A stretch of 64,000 nt of DNA from an uncultured Chroococcidiopsis sp. (GTDB lineage: Bacteria > Cyanobacteriota > Cyanobacteriia > Cyanobacteriales > Chroococcidiopsidaceae), in assembly GCA_964248365.1 (NCBI GenBank), contig CAXTYC010000016.1, positions 49,063-113,062 of the forward strand, in the 5' to 3' direction. Below, in pieces: positions 20,573 to 31,079 of the stretch. The translations under genes and the position numbers were made by a program. Position 1 is the first letter of the stretch, and the number at the start of each line of letters is the position of its first letter. A model generated the notes under the pieces. It did not search any database, was not told the origin of the DNA, and was given only the letters and a program-made list of their open reading frames with translations.

Positions 20573-20953
20573 ATGGCAACAAAGCGTTTTCAAGAATTAC
20601 AGGTTTATCACTTAGCAGAACGGTTAGCCGATGAAATTTAGAAAACTGTTAATACCTGGGAACCATTTGCAAAGGATACCGTAGGTAAACAGATTGTTCG
20701 TGCAGCAGACAGCATAGGTGCAAATATAGCAGAAGGAGTGGGAAGAGGATCTTTTCAGGACAATAAACGTTTTGTGAAGATAGCGAGAGGCTCTTTAAAT
20801 GAAACTCAACATTGGCTAAGACGTGCTTATAATCGCAATCTTTTAACGCCTGAACAAATATATGAACTCAACCAAATCATTAACGAACTAGCACCCAAAT
20901 TAAACTCTTACCTAAAATCAATTGGTCACTTTCCACAAGAAAATGACAAATGA
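20573..20953 (+). pseudogene. Four-helix-bundle protein (23S rRNA-IVP/TIGR02436-like) with in-frame TAG at 20639-20641
   Basis: MATKRFQELQVYHLAERLADEI*KTV...QIVRAADSIGANIAEG.GR....N.RF..IARGSL.ET; the stop sits where Trp (TGG) is expected. Confidence 0.85.
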
Positions 20954-20970
20954 CAAATGACAAATAACAA

Positions 20971-22194
20971 ATGACAATGGACATTTTAGAAAGCGTCAAA
21001 ATGGCGACAAATACGCTGCTAGCTAACAAGTTACGCAGCAGTCTCACTATGTTGGGAATAATTATTGGTAACGCCTCGGTGATTGCGATGGTGGGAATTG
21101 GACAAGGAGCGCAAAAGTATGTAACTGGGCAGCTTGAGTCTCTGGGAACGAATGTATTATTTGTAGTTCCAGGCAACCGTGATGCCCAGCGGACAACGAT
21201 GAATTTACCGAAAACTTTAGTTTTAGAAGATGCACAAGCGATCGCTACCCAAGTGCCAACGGTAGCAAAAGTTGCTCCTCAATTGCACTCTAGAGAATTA
21301 GTTAGCTACCGCAACAAAAACACTTATAGTTTGATTGTTGGAACTAACCCAGATTATACAGTAGTACGCAACTTTGATACTGCTCGTGGTAGATTTCTAA
21401 ATAACCTGGATCTGAAGCGAAGTAACAATGTTGCTACCCTTGGTTCAGATTTGGCAAATAGATTGTTTGGCAACCAAAATCCTGTCGGTCAGCAAATAAG
21501 GATTAAAAATGTCAGCTTTTCAGTGATTGGGGTGATGGAGTCCAAAGGCTCAGCTTTGGGAACAAACTATGATGATAGTGTCTATATTCCAGTCACTACA
21601 ATGGCAAGCCGAATTATTGGTAAAAATTCTCCTTATGGTGTGAATTTAACATTTATCTCGGTTTCGGCAAAAAATGATGCCAGTGTAGAAGCTGCCCAAT
21701 TTCAAATTAGAAACTTGCTGCGGTTGCGGCATAAAATTATTAGAGAAGATGACTTTAGCGTCCAAAGCCAAAAGGATGTTTTACAAATTGCTGGGACTGT
21801 TACTGGTGCATTAACATTAATGTTGGCAGCGATCGCTGGGATTTCTCTGTTAGTTGGTGGTATTGGTGTGATGAACATCATGCTTGTTTCCGTTACCGAA
21901 CGCACCCAAGAAATTGGACTACGCAAAGCTCTTGGTGCTACCCAGCAAGATATCCTGATTCAATTTTTGATTGAAGCCGTCATGCTTTCTGCTGCTGGTG
22001 GTTTATTGGGTACTGGTTTGGGTGTCGGTGGAGTTTTATTAATTGGGGCTACCACTCCGTTTCAAGCAGGAGTTTCATCAGTGGCGATCGCTTTGGCTGT
22101 AGGTATCTCTGGCGGTATTGGCGTAATTTTTGGCGTTGTTCCAGCCCGTCGCGCCGCTCAACTTGACCCGATTGTTGCTCTTAGAAGTGCTTAA
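20971..22194 (+). CDS. MacB/FtsX-type ABC permease
   Basis: RSSLTMLGIIIG, GGIGVMNIMLVSVTERTQEIGLRKALGA, PARRAAQLDPI. Confidence 0.95.
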   Translation: MTMDILESVKMATNTLLANKLRSSLTMLGIIIGNASVIAMVGIGQGAQKYVTGQLESLGTNVLFVVPGNRDAQRTTMNLPKTLVLEDAQAIATQVPTVAKVAPQLHSRELVSYRNKNTYSLIVGTNPDYTVVRNFDTARGRFLNNLDLKRSNNVATLGSDLANRLFGNQNPVGQQIRIKNVSFSVIGVMESKGSALGTNYDDSVYIPVTTMASRIIGKNSPYGVNLTFISVSAKNDASVEAAQFQIRNLLRLRHKIIREDDFSVQSQKDVLQIAGTVTGALTLMLAAIAGISLLVGGIGVMNIMLVSVTERTQEIGLRKALGATQQDILIQFLIEAVMLSAAGGLLGTGLGVGGVLLIGATTPFQAGVSSVAIALAVGISGGIGVIFGVVPARRAAQLDPIVALRSA

Positions 22195-22274
22195 TTAAGC
22201 TAATTACCAGTTACCAGTTACCAGTTACCGACTACCAATTACCAATTACCAACTACCAATTACTCATCATTAAA

Positions 22275-23051
22275 ATGTTAAACAACCAACTTAAAACTCA
22301 CCCCTCACCCCTCAAGAGTCACCCCTCGCCCCTCACCCCTGTCATTGTTCGCTTAGAAAACATTTCTAAAGTGTACGGCTTTGGAGAAACAGAAGTTAAA
22401 GCTTTGTCGGATGTCAATTTAATTGTAGAACAAGGCGAGTATTGCGCCATTATGGGTGCGTCTGGTTCCGGTAAGTCTACAGCAATGAATATTATCGGCT
22501 GTCTTGACCGACCTACAGAAGGACACTATTACCTAGATAATTTGGATGTGGCAAAACTGGATGATGCAGAATTAGCACACATTCGTAACTTAAAAATTGG
22601 GTTTGTTTTCCAACAATTCCACCTCTTGCCCCAGTTGAGTGCTTTAGAAAATGTGATGCTACCGATGGTTTATGCTGGGGTAAATACTGCTCAACGCCGC
22701 GATCGCGCTATTGAAGCTTTGAAGCGAGTAGGTTTAGAAAACCGCCTCAACAATCGACCAAATCAACTTTCGGGGGGACAGCAACAACGGGTAGCGATCG
22801 CAAGGGCTATTGTCAACCGACCAGTTTTACTACTAGCCGATGAACCTACTGGCGCTCTTGACTCTCGCACTACGCAAGAAGTATTACAAATATTTGGTGA
22901 ATTAAACATGGGTGGCATTACCATTGTCATGGTGACTCACGAGCCAGATGTAGCACGGCAAACTCGGCGCATTGTCTGGTTCCGCGATGGTCAAGTTATC
23001 CACTCCCACCTAACTCCCGAAGAAATTGGTCAGGTTGCAGCCAGTCATTAA
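22275..23051 (+). CDS. MacB/LolD-type ABC ATP-binding protein
   Basis: [34 protein letters not shown]. Confidence 0.95.
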   Translation: MLNNQLKTHPSPLKSHPSPLTPVIVRLENISKVYGFGETEVKALSDVNLIVEQGEYCAIMGASGSGKSTAMNIIGCLDRPTEGHYYLDNLDVAKLDDAELAHIRNLKIGFVFQQFHLLPQLSALENVMLPMVYAGVNTAQRRDRAIEALKRVGLENRLNNRPNQLSGGQQQRVAIARAIVNRPVLLLADEPTGALDSRTTQEVLQIFGELNMGGITIVMVTHEPDVARQTRRIVWFRDGQVIHSHLTPEEIGQVAASH

Positions 23052-23375
23052 GGGCTAGGGGAAGGGTAATGGGTAATAGGTAACCCAGTAGAAAGTAGGG
23101 GAAATACCATTTTTCCAACTACCGTACGCGCGGGTTTATCAAACATACTTGTGAACAAGCGGAAAGTGGGGGTGAGGGGCGCGAAAAGTTGGGGGGTTTT
23201 TAGCAAGGGGTCTCCCCGCCTGCCCCCCATCCCCAGAGAAAACCCCATGCCCCCCCAAGCGAGTCAAGACAGAGAAGGGGAAACCCCCTCTCCCCCAACT
23301 TTTCAAGAGAACAAATAACTTGTTTAAAGTGCGCCCCTACCAATTACCAATTACCAACTACCACCTAGTTTCTAA

Positions 23376-23888
23376 TTACAGACTTGCTGTTTTACCTGTT
23401 TGCGCTTGAGTTTCTATAGGCTTAACATCGGTATAACCCATCTCGCCAGCAATTGTTCGGAAAATTGAAATCTGCTCCTCAAATTCAAGTCCTTCAATTT
23501 GAGAAATTAGATTGTTAATTGCTTCGCTGGCGTTGTAGTCTTGAGGCATACCAACTACTGAGTTTCCCATTCCTTGCGCCCAAGCATACCAAACCATGAG
23601 CTGATTATTTTCTTTGATTGCTCCATAGGCATGAGAATATTCTGTATTCTCTCGGTTAACAATTTGTCGCATAATTGCCAGTTGCTCTTGATCTGACAAT
23701 TCATAAAACTTTCCCATCAGCAGGGGTGCTAATTCAGGCTCGGTTGCAGCAGGAGCAGCTGGAGTAATTGAGTCTCCCATTTTTTTATAAACTAAATAAA
23801 ACCAAGCAAGTTTGGCATCAGTATCTAAAGCATTGAAACCTTGCACTACTTTCTGAGTTTCATCGGAAAGTGCTTGAGGACTATTCAT
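23376..23888 (-). CDS. Helical carotenoid protein (stand-alone OCP N-terminal domain)
   Basis: KLAWFY..Y..MG.SITPAAP, EQL.IMR, YGA...N.QL..WY.WA..MG motifs. Confidence 0.9.
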   Translation of the reverse strand: MNSPQALSDETQKVVQGFNALDTDAKLAWFYLVYKKMGDSITPAAPAATEPELAPLLMGKFYELSDQEQLAIMRQIVNRENTEYSHAYGAIKENNQLMVWYAWAQGMGNSVVGMPQDYNASEAINNLISQIEGLEFEEQISIFRTIAGEMGYTDVKPIETQAQTGKTASL

Positions 23889-24113
23889 AATTCATCTCCA
23901 GAGTAAATTCATACTATCAAGCTTAGGGTTATCAGAATTGATAGATGCAAGTCGCCCTCCAATAGAGATAGTTTCCTCAACAAAATTTACTCCCCAAGAT
24001 GTAGGAAGGTAGCGATTGTAGAGAGTTGAAAATCTATCTCAATGTGGTTATGAAGGCAGGCGTAGCTCTATAAGATTACAGCAATAATAAATAAATCTAA
24101 ATAGGAGTTACTA

Positions 24114-24416
24114 ATGCCTGAAGAGATTAAGCCCAATGCCAATCAAGCTCCTACTCAAGATGCCCAACTAGCTGCTGAAAACATGAATAGTGGTCAAGAA
24201 GCAGTGCCAGCGGTAGATTTTGACGCAGACTATGAAGCAGCTCAACAATTTAGTATTAGTGATGTAGATCGCACAGGTGAAGGCGCAAAAGCAGCACAAA
24301 AAGCTACTGCTCCTGAACATCAATTGTCACAGCCAGAGGAGACAAGAACAGAAGCACAGCCTACAGGCGATCCTGCTGACTATATGGATATGGCAAAAGA
24401 CGTTACTCATCAGTAG
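24114..24416 (+). CDS. Small acidic hydrophilic hypothetical protein
   Basis: AGGAG RBS; A/E/Q/D-rich, likely disordered. Confidence 0.75.
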   Translation: MPEEIKPNANQAPTQDAQLAAENMNSGQEAVPAVDFDADYEAAQQFSISDVDRTGEGAKAAQKATAPEHQLSQPEETRTEAQPTGDPADYMDMAKDVTHQ

Positions 24417-24487
24417 TAGTGTGGGTCATCCCCACATTACATATAATTCTTGTTCCCCTGCGATCGCATGAGAACACGACCTACCTG

Positions 24488-24566
24488 AAAAAAAAGAGAC
24501 AGCCTTCAATGGGAGGATATCTGCGCATTTTCGAGGGATCTTTTAAAAAGGCTGTCTCTTTTTTTT
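24488..24566. terminator. Bidirectional long-stem hairpin between convergent genes
   Basis: A8-GAGACAGCCTT / AAGGCTGTCTC-T8, perfect 19-bp stem with 41-nt loop. Confidence 0.7.
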
Positions 24567-24679
24567 ATGTCGGATGGCTACTGGAAACGAGAAACTGCAT
24601 AAATAAATAATAGGGTGGGCATTGCCCACCCTACTGATTTTTTACCACTTGACTATTTACACCTAATGTGTATCAAGGC

Positions 24680-25627
24680 TTATGTTAATGCCTGAGCCCC
24701 GCCAACAACCTCAAGAATTTCTTGGGTAATTGCGGCTTGCCGTGCCTTGTTATAGGAAAGGGTGAGCGTACCAATTAATTCGCTAGCGTTGTCACTGGCA
24801 TTATTCATTGCCGTCATCCGCGCCGCTAATTCACTGGCTGCTGATTCTTGTAACGCCCTCAATAACTGGTTATTCAGGTATAGGGGCAAAAGAGCATCGA
24901 GAATCTGCACCGGATCTTGCTCGAAAAGCATATCTCGAGGAAAACTCCGCGTTGGGGTAGACACTTTTTGTCTTTCTACCTCAAATTCACCGCCTTTGGT
25001 AGTGAGGCGGAAGACTTCGTCATCGGCTGTTTCTAGACCTTGAGCATCAAGTGGTAGTAGGGTTTGTACTACTGGTCGGGAACTAACCAGAGAGACGAAT
25101 TTTGTATATACTAGCTCAATCCGGTCTACGCTTTCCGACAGAAATAAGGAAAGAAGCTCATCAGCAATTCTGCTTGCTTCTGCTGCGGTAGGAATTTGCT
25201 CTAAACCTGTGTAGGTAGCGTCGATGGGCTGGTTGCGACGTTGGAAGTACTGGTTAGCTTTGCGCCCAACTAGGATGTATTTGTAATCCAAGCCTTCGGC
25301 TTTTAGTTCGTTAGCACGGGCTTCAGCACGACGAATGACATTGGTATTATAAGCGCCACACAAACCGCGATCGCCTGAAACTACCAATAAGCCGACTGAA
25401 CGAACTTGCCGTTTTCGCAGTAATGGCAGGTCTGCGTCTTCAAACCGCAAACGACCTTGTAAATTGTATAGCACTTGCGCCAAGCGATCGGCAAAGGGGC
25501 GGGTAGCGATCACCTGTTGTTGGGCGCGACGCACCCTAGCAGCAGCCACTAGGCGCATTGCTTCTGTGATTTTTTGGGTATTTTTGACCGACCCAATGCG
25601 ATCGCGTATTGCTTTGAGATTAGCCAT
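24680..25627 (-). CDS. atpG: ATP synthase F1 gamma subunit (cyanobacterial atpC)
   Basis: [47 protein letters not shown]. Confidence 0.99.
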   Translation of the reverse strand: MANLKAIRDRIGSVKNTQKITEAMRLVAAARVRRAQQQVIATRPFADRLAQVLYNLQGRLRFEDADLPLLRKRQVRSVGLLVVSGDRGLCGAYNTNVIRRAEARANELKAEGLDYKYILVGRKANQYFQRRNQPIDATYTGLEQIPTAAEASRIADELLSLFLSESVDRIELVYTKFVSLVSSRPVVQTLLPLDAQGLETADDEVFRLTTKGGEFEVERQKVSTPTRSFPRDMLFEQDPVQILDALLPLYLNNQLLRALQESAASELAARMTAMNNASDNASELIGTLTLSYNKARQAAITQEILEVVGGAQALT

Positions 25628-25714
25628 AGTTTTGTCCTTAGTCTTTTGTCCTTAGTCTTTTGTCCTTAGTCTTTTCTTTTGACAAATGACCAAGGACAAA
25701 TGACAAGTGACGAT

Positions 25715-27232
25715 TTATGCTGTTGCCATGAAGGTTTGCTTGTACTCAGTGATCGCTTCTTTCAACAGCTTTTCGGCTTCGTCATTCAGTTGCTTTTCGT
25801 TGCGGACAATATCGACATATTGCTGCTTGCTGGTTTGCAAGTATTCCCGCAGCCCTCTAGCGAAGGTGGTGACTTTTTCTGTTGGAATTTCATCTAGATA
25901 GCCGTTAAGACCAGCGTACAGAACTGCTACTTGCTCATATACAGCTAGAGGCGAGTACTGGGGCTGCTTGAGCAGTTCGCGTAACCGTTCACCCCGCGCT
26001 AGCTGATCTTGTGTCGCTTTATCCAAGTCGGAAGCAAACTGAGCAAATGCTTGCAGGTCGTCAAACTGGGCTAATTCCAGCTTCAATTTCCCAGCTACTT
26101 TTTTCATCGCCTTGGTTTGCGCTGCCGAACCTACCCGCGACACCGAGATACCTGGGTTTACCGCCGGACGCAGACCAGAGTTAAACAAGTCGGAAGACAA
26201 GAAGATCTGACCATCCGTGATCGAAATCACGTTGGTAGGAATGTAAGCAGATACGTCACCTGCTTGGGTTTCAATAATTGGCAGGGCGGTCATACTGCCT
26301 TCACCCAGTTCATTACTCAATTTAGCGGCACGTTCTAGTAAGCGAGAGTGGAGGTAGAACACGTCGCCTGGGTAAGCTTCCCGACCAGGCGGACGACGCA
26401 GCAGCAGGGACATTTGGCGATAAGCTGCGGCTTGCTTAGATAAGTCGTCATAAATTACCAAGGTAGCTTTGCCCTTGTACATGAAGTACTCAGCCATTGT
26501 TGCCCCAGTGTATGGCGACAAGTACTGGAGGGTAGCAGGTTCGTTGGCATTAGCAGCAACGACTATTGTGTAGTCCATCGCTCCCTTTTCCCCGAGGACG
26601 TTGACTACGTTAGCGACCGTAGAAGCCTTTTGACCAATGGCGACGTAGACGCAGATTACATCTCCGCCCTTTTGGTTGATGATAGTGTCTATAGCGATCG
26701 AAGTTTTACCAGTTTGGCGATCGCCGATAATTAGTTCTCGCTGACCTCTACCAACTGGAATCATCGCGTCAATAGCTGTAATTCCTGTTTGCATCGGTTC
26801 GTAAACAGAACGACGCGACACAATTCCTGGTGCTGGAGATTCAATCAAACGAGTTTCCCCTGTGTTGATGTCTCCCTTACCATCAATGGCGCGACCCAGG
26901 GCATCCACCACCCGCCCAATCATGGCATCTCCCACTGGAACCTGGGCAATTTTCCCAGTAGCGGTGACAGAACTACCTTCTTGAATGTGAAGCCCTTCGC
27001 CCATTAGCACTGCGCCTACGTTGTCTTCTTCCAAGTTCAAGGCGATGCCAACTGTGCCGTCTTCAAACTCCAATAGTTCTCCCGCCATGACTTTTTCTAA
27101 GCCATAAATCCGGGCAATACCATCACCTACTTGCAATACTGTGCCGACGTTAGCAACTTTAACTTCTTGGCTGTATTGCTCAATTTGCTGCTGAATAATG
27201 CTGCTGATTTCGTCTGGTCTAATGCTGATCAT
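25715..27232 (-). CDS. atpA: ATP synthase F1 alpha subunit
   Basis: [31 protein letters not shown]. Confidence 0.99.
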   Translation of the reverse strand: MISIRPDEISSIIQQQIEQYSQEVKVANVGTVLQVGDGIARIYGLEKVMAGELLEFEDGTVGIALNLEEDNVGAVLMGEGLHIQEGSSVTATGKIAQVPVGDAMIGRVVDALGRAIDGKGDINTGETRLIESPAPGIVSRRSVYEPMQTGITAIDAMIPVGRGQRELIIGDRQTGKTSIAIDTIINQKGGDVICVYVAIGQKASTVANVVNVLGEKGAMDYTIVVAANANEPATLQYLSPYTGATMAEYFMYKGKATLVIYDDLSKQAAAYRQMSLLLRRPPGREAYPGDVFYLHSRLLERAAKLSNELGEGSMTALPIIETQAGDVSAYIPTNVISITDGQIFLSSDLFNSGLRPAVNPGISVSRVGSAAQTKAMKKVAGKLKLELAQFDDLQAFAQFASDLDKATQDQLARGERLRELLKQPQYSPLAVYEQVAVLYAGLNGYLDEIPTEKVTTFARGLREYLQTSKQQYVDIVRNEKQLNDEAEKLLKEAITEYKQTFMATA

Positions 27233-27415
27233 GGTAACTGTTTGTTTTTAAGGAATTAAGGATGGGGGAAAGGATGAAGGATGAAGGGTAAAGGGTAAAG
27301 GGTAAAGGGTAAAGGTAATTCGTAATTCGTAATTCGTAATTAATTATTCTCCCCTGCTCCCCTGCTCCCCTCTCCCCCCTATCCCCAGAGGGGACCCCGA
27401 GTCCCCCCTGCCTCT

Positions 27416-27967
27416 TTATGTGCCACTGGTTAAGCGCAGGGAAAGGCGACGCAGTTGCCCTTTGATGCTAGCATCAACGACCTGAGAGCCTACTTTAATG
27501 ATCACACCACCAATTAAGTCTCGATCGATCTTTGTTTCTAGTTCAACAGAGCGGGCATTAGTCATGGCTACAACGCGATCGCGTACAGCCTGCTGCTGTT
27601 CTTCTGTGAGTTCTATGGCTGAGGTGACTTCAGCCAAAACAGTTTGATTCAACGAGCGCAACTGATTTAGGAACTGCTGACAAATTCCTTCTAGCAACAA
27701 TATACGTCGCCGATCTACTAACAGCATCAAGAAATTGCGAATAGAGGGATTAACGTCTTCACCCAGCACTCGCCCTAACACAGCCTTTTTATCTTCTGGC
27801 TTGATGAAGGGATTAGCGAGAAAATCTCGAAATTGCTCTGATGATTGTAGTAGATTGAGTATGGAACGCATCTGTTCACCAAACTGTTCTGTTTGATTTT
27901 GTTTGCTGGCTACAGACATTAGTGCTTGTGCGTATGGATCTACTACTTTTTCATTTACTGCTTTCAT
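27416..27967 (-). CDS. atpH: ATP synthase F1 delta subunit (cyanobacterial atpD)
   Basis: [27 protein letters not shown]; operon position. Confidence 0.97.
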   Translation of the reverse strand: MKAVNEKVVDPYAQALMSVASKQNQTEQFGEQMRSILNLLQSSEQFRDFLANPFIKPEDKKAVLGRVLGEDVNPSIRNFLMLLVDRRRILLLEGICQQFLNQLRSLNQTVLAEVTSAIELTEEQQQAVRDRVVAMTNARSVELETKIDRDLIGGVIIKVGSQVVDASIKGQLRRLSLRLTSGT

Positions 27968-28527
27968 CGACTTCCTCCCAGTAGCGCAATACTGCGGTCA
28001 ATTAATTTTTGTTGAGTAGCGTCATCTACCCCCTGTTGCAATTGGGATTCGACTTTTTCTAATGCCATAGCGACTACCCTGGCTCGCAGCGAAGCGATCG
28101 CTCTTTCTCTTTCTGAGTTCAAATCTTGGCTAGCTGTTTCTTGCAACCGTTGAATGTCTGTTGCTACCTGTGACAAAATGTTTTCTCTTGCTTTTTGAGC
28201 GCTATCATCGGCGTTCTTACGGATTCTTTCAGCTTCTGCTTGGGCTGAAGCCAAGTTTTGCTGCTGCTTTTGTAGTGCTGCTGCTGCTTCGGCTGCGCGT
28301 TTTTCTGCCGCTACAATTTCTGTCTCAATTCTTTCACGGCGATCGCTCAAGGTTTTACCCACTACTTTGCGCCCGAAAAATACCAGCACACCAACCAGAA
28401 TGGCAAGATTAATCAGGTTTGTTTCTAAAATATCGAAATTAAAACCAAACCCGCCCTCTTCTGTTGTCTCTGCCACTTCTGCCACGAAACTGCTAGCTTT
28501 TGTCACCAACCATAAAAAACTTCCCAT
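27964..28527 (-). CDS. atpF: ATP synthase F0 subunit b
   Basis: [19 protein letters not shown] plus coiled coil. Confidence 0.97.
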   Translation of the reverse strand: MGSFLWLVTKASSFVAEVAETTEEGGFGFNFDILETNLINLAILVGVLVFFGRKVVGKTLSDRRERIETEIVAAEKRAAEAAAALQKQQQNLASAQAEAERIRKNADDSAQKARENILSQVATDIQRLQETASQDLNSERERAIASLRARVVAMALEKVESQLQQGVDDATQQKLIDRSIALLGGSR

Positions 28528-28717
28528 CTTAACCCATCCACAATTGCGCTGCTGATTTAAAAGCTAAAAGCTGTTAGCTGTTAGCAATTAGCTGTTAGCA
28601 ATTAGCTGTTAGTATATCTTCTTTGTTTCTAGCTTTTTTGGAGCTTTAATACGAGAGCGTCTCAATGAGTGTTGCTAATTGCTAAACGCTAAAAGCTAAT
28701 GACTAAACGCTCGCCTA

Positions 28718-29152
28718 CTAGCGTTGTACCAGTTCAGTTCCTAACAGTTTCTCCAGCATCTGGCGACCCAGTGCATCTACCTGTTGCTGCAACGAAACCA
28801 TAGCTTGCTCTTTTTGCTGCTCTATTTCCCTCGCTGCTTGTTCTCTTTGTGCTTGTGCCTCTTTTTGTGCAACTGCTATTTTTTCTGCCGCCATCTTTTG
28901 GGCTGCTGCTTGAGCTTCGGCAACAATTTTTTGCGACTGCCTGCGAGCGTCTGCTAGCTGCTGCTGATATTCTTGAGTCAATCGCTCAGCTTTTGCCAAA
29001 CGTTCGCGCGCCTCAAGATTATTCGTTCGGATGTAATTATCGCGCTCGTCCAGCACCTTTGTCAGTGGCTTATAAAAAATTACATTCAACAAGGCTGCCA
29101 ACAGTAGGAACTGCAATGCCATCACGGGCAAGGTAGCATCGAAATCAAACAT
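28718..29152 (-). CDS. atpF2: ATP synthase F0 subunit b' (cyanobacterial atpG)
   Basis: [23 protein letters not shown]. Confidence 0.96.
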   Translation of the reverse strand: MFDFDATLPVMALQFLLLAALLNVIFYKPLTKVLDERDNYIRTNNLEARERLAKAERLTQEYQQQLADARRQSQKIVAEAQAAAQKMAAEKIAVAQKEAQAQREQAAREIEQQKEQAMVSLQQQVDALGRQMLEKLLGTELVQR

Positions 29153-29324
29153 TTCTCTCCTCTGTGGCTGTAATAACAGTTTTCATGGCAAGCCAAATCA
29201 TCTTACCTTTCATATTTCTAGAATCTTGATCGCCAACAAGGGTCAACCCATTAGAATGACTCTAATCAAAACACATTCGAGAGTAGAGGCGTTTCATGGA
29301 ACGTCTCTACTGCAAAATCAGGTT

Positions 29325-29615
<291 letters not shown>

Positions 29616-29720
29616 TTAACTAGCAAATACGTGTTTTTCACGCTGCACCAAGTTCTAACATCGCGCTTGCGACGCATTGAGCCAAGATGCGTGGGATAAT
29701 AATGCCATCAACCTCGCGCT

Positions 29721-30491
29721 TTAAGCAGGTAAATGCTCATCATGCTCTCCTTCACCATGCCCTTCCATTGCCTCATGGATATAGGCGGCGGCTAAGGTTG
29801 CAAAAACTAGAGCTTGAATAGCACTGGTAAACAAACCCAAAGCCATCACTGGCAGAGGTACAAACAGGGGAACTAGTAGAACCAGCACCGCCACCACGAG
29901 TTCATCCGCCAAAATGTTGCCAAATAGTCGGAAGCTTAGCGAAAGAGGCTTGGTGAAATCTTCTAGAATTGCGATCGGCAATAGGATTGGTGTCGGTTCT
30001 ATATACTTCTTGAAGTAGCCCAAACCGCGTTTGCTAAAACCTGCGTAAAAGTACGCTAAAGAAGTCAGCAACGCCAATGCTACTGTCGTATTGATGTCAT
30101 TAGTGGGAGCAGCTAGTTCACCTCCTGGCAGCTTGAGCAGCCGCCAAGGAACTAAAGCACCCGACCAATTCGATACGAAGATAAACAAAAACAGTGTGCC
30201 GATAAATGGCACCCAGGGTCGGTACTCCTTCTCACCAATCTGGTTTCTGGTCAAATCCCGAATAAATTCCAGAGCATATTCCATTAAATTTTGGATGCCT
30301 CTGGGAATTCTCTGGCTGTTCCGAGTAGCAGCAACAGACGCCACTACTAAAATTCCAATTACAAACCATGAGGTGAGAAAAACTTGCCCATGTAGTTTGA
30401 GATTGCCCAATTGCCAGTAAAAATGATGACCTACTTCCAATGCGGCAAGGGGAAAAGATTTAAAGGAGTTTAAGACACTAAGCATTTGCAT
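29721..30491 (-). CDS. atpB: ATP synthase F0 subunit a
   Basis: [31 protein letters not shown]. Confidence 0.99.
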   Translation of the reverse strand: MQMLSVLNSFKSFPLAALEVGHHFYWQLGNLKLHGQVFLTSWFVIGILVVASVAATRNSQRIPRGIQNLMEYALEFIRDLTRNQIGEKEYRPWVPFIGTLFLFIFVSNWSGALVPWRLLKLPGGELAAPTNDINTTVALALLTSLAYFYAGFSKRGLGYFKKYIEPTPILLPIAILEDFTKPLSLSFRLFGNILADELVVAVLVLLVPLFVPLPVMALGLFTSAIQALVFATLAAAYIHEAMEGHGEGEHDEHLPA

Positions 30492-30545
30492 TCAAGCAGT
30501 TTCCCCAAAAAGGAAAATTGGAGGATTGTTTTTGTGAAGCCCAAC

Positions 30546-30989
30546 TTATTTAGAGTCAGGAATGAACGCAGTTTGCACCATGTAGACGATGAGTGTGGCT
30601 TTGTAAGTAAGAAATCCCAAGAATATGGGCATAATCTGTAGTTGACTCCATTGAGTTGCCACTACAATTAACAAAATAAACAGAGCAAAACGTGATTTGC
30701 TCAGTTGCTTTTTTTCATTACCCAGCCGCTCAACGTCTTTAGCCAACATTCTCAAGTAAACCACACCTGTGCACGCCCCGATCAAATAGTTCAGGGCAAT
30801 GTTGAGTGAGTAAAAAATCCACACACAGATAAAAATAATCCCTGTCAATACAAGGGTTATTGTCAACAACTGCCCAGAGAGTTGATGAAACTCTTGCATT
30901 GATCTAGTTGTTTGGGAGGTAGCAGAACCAGGTTGAGAATTTACCCCAGTTTCCAGTGTGTGTTGAGTCGATTCGTCTGACAAGTTCAC
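30546..30989 (-). CDS. atpI: ATP synthase protein I (Atp1)
   Basis: First gene of the operon; [21 protein letters not shown]. Confidence 0.93.
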   Translation of the reverse strand: MNLSDESTQHTLETGVNSQPGSATSQTTRSMQEFHQLSGQLLTITLVLTGIIFICVWIFYSLNIALNYLIGACTGVVYLRMLAKDVERLGNEKKQLSKSRFALFILLIVVATQWSQLQIMPIFLGFLTYKATLIVYMVQTAFIPDSK

Positions 30990-31079
30990 AAAACTCGCAA
31001 ACCAGCGCAGCTAATTGTTTCAGCTCAGATGAGCCACGTAAAATCATAGCACGTTGAGGTAACAATACTTAAAAAAAAG

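Noticed and set aside
20573..20953. Diversity-generating retroelement (Avd)
   Set aside because: No reverse transcriptase and no TR/VR pair seen in the window.
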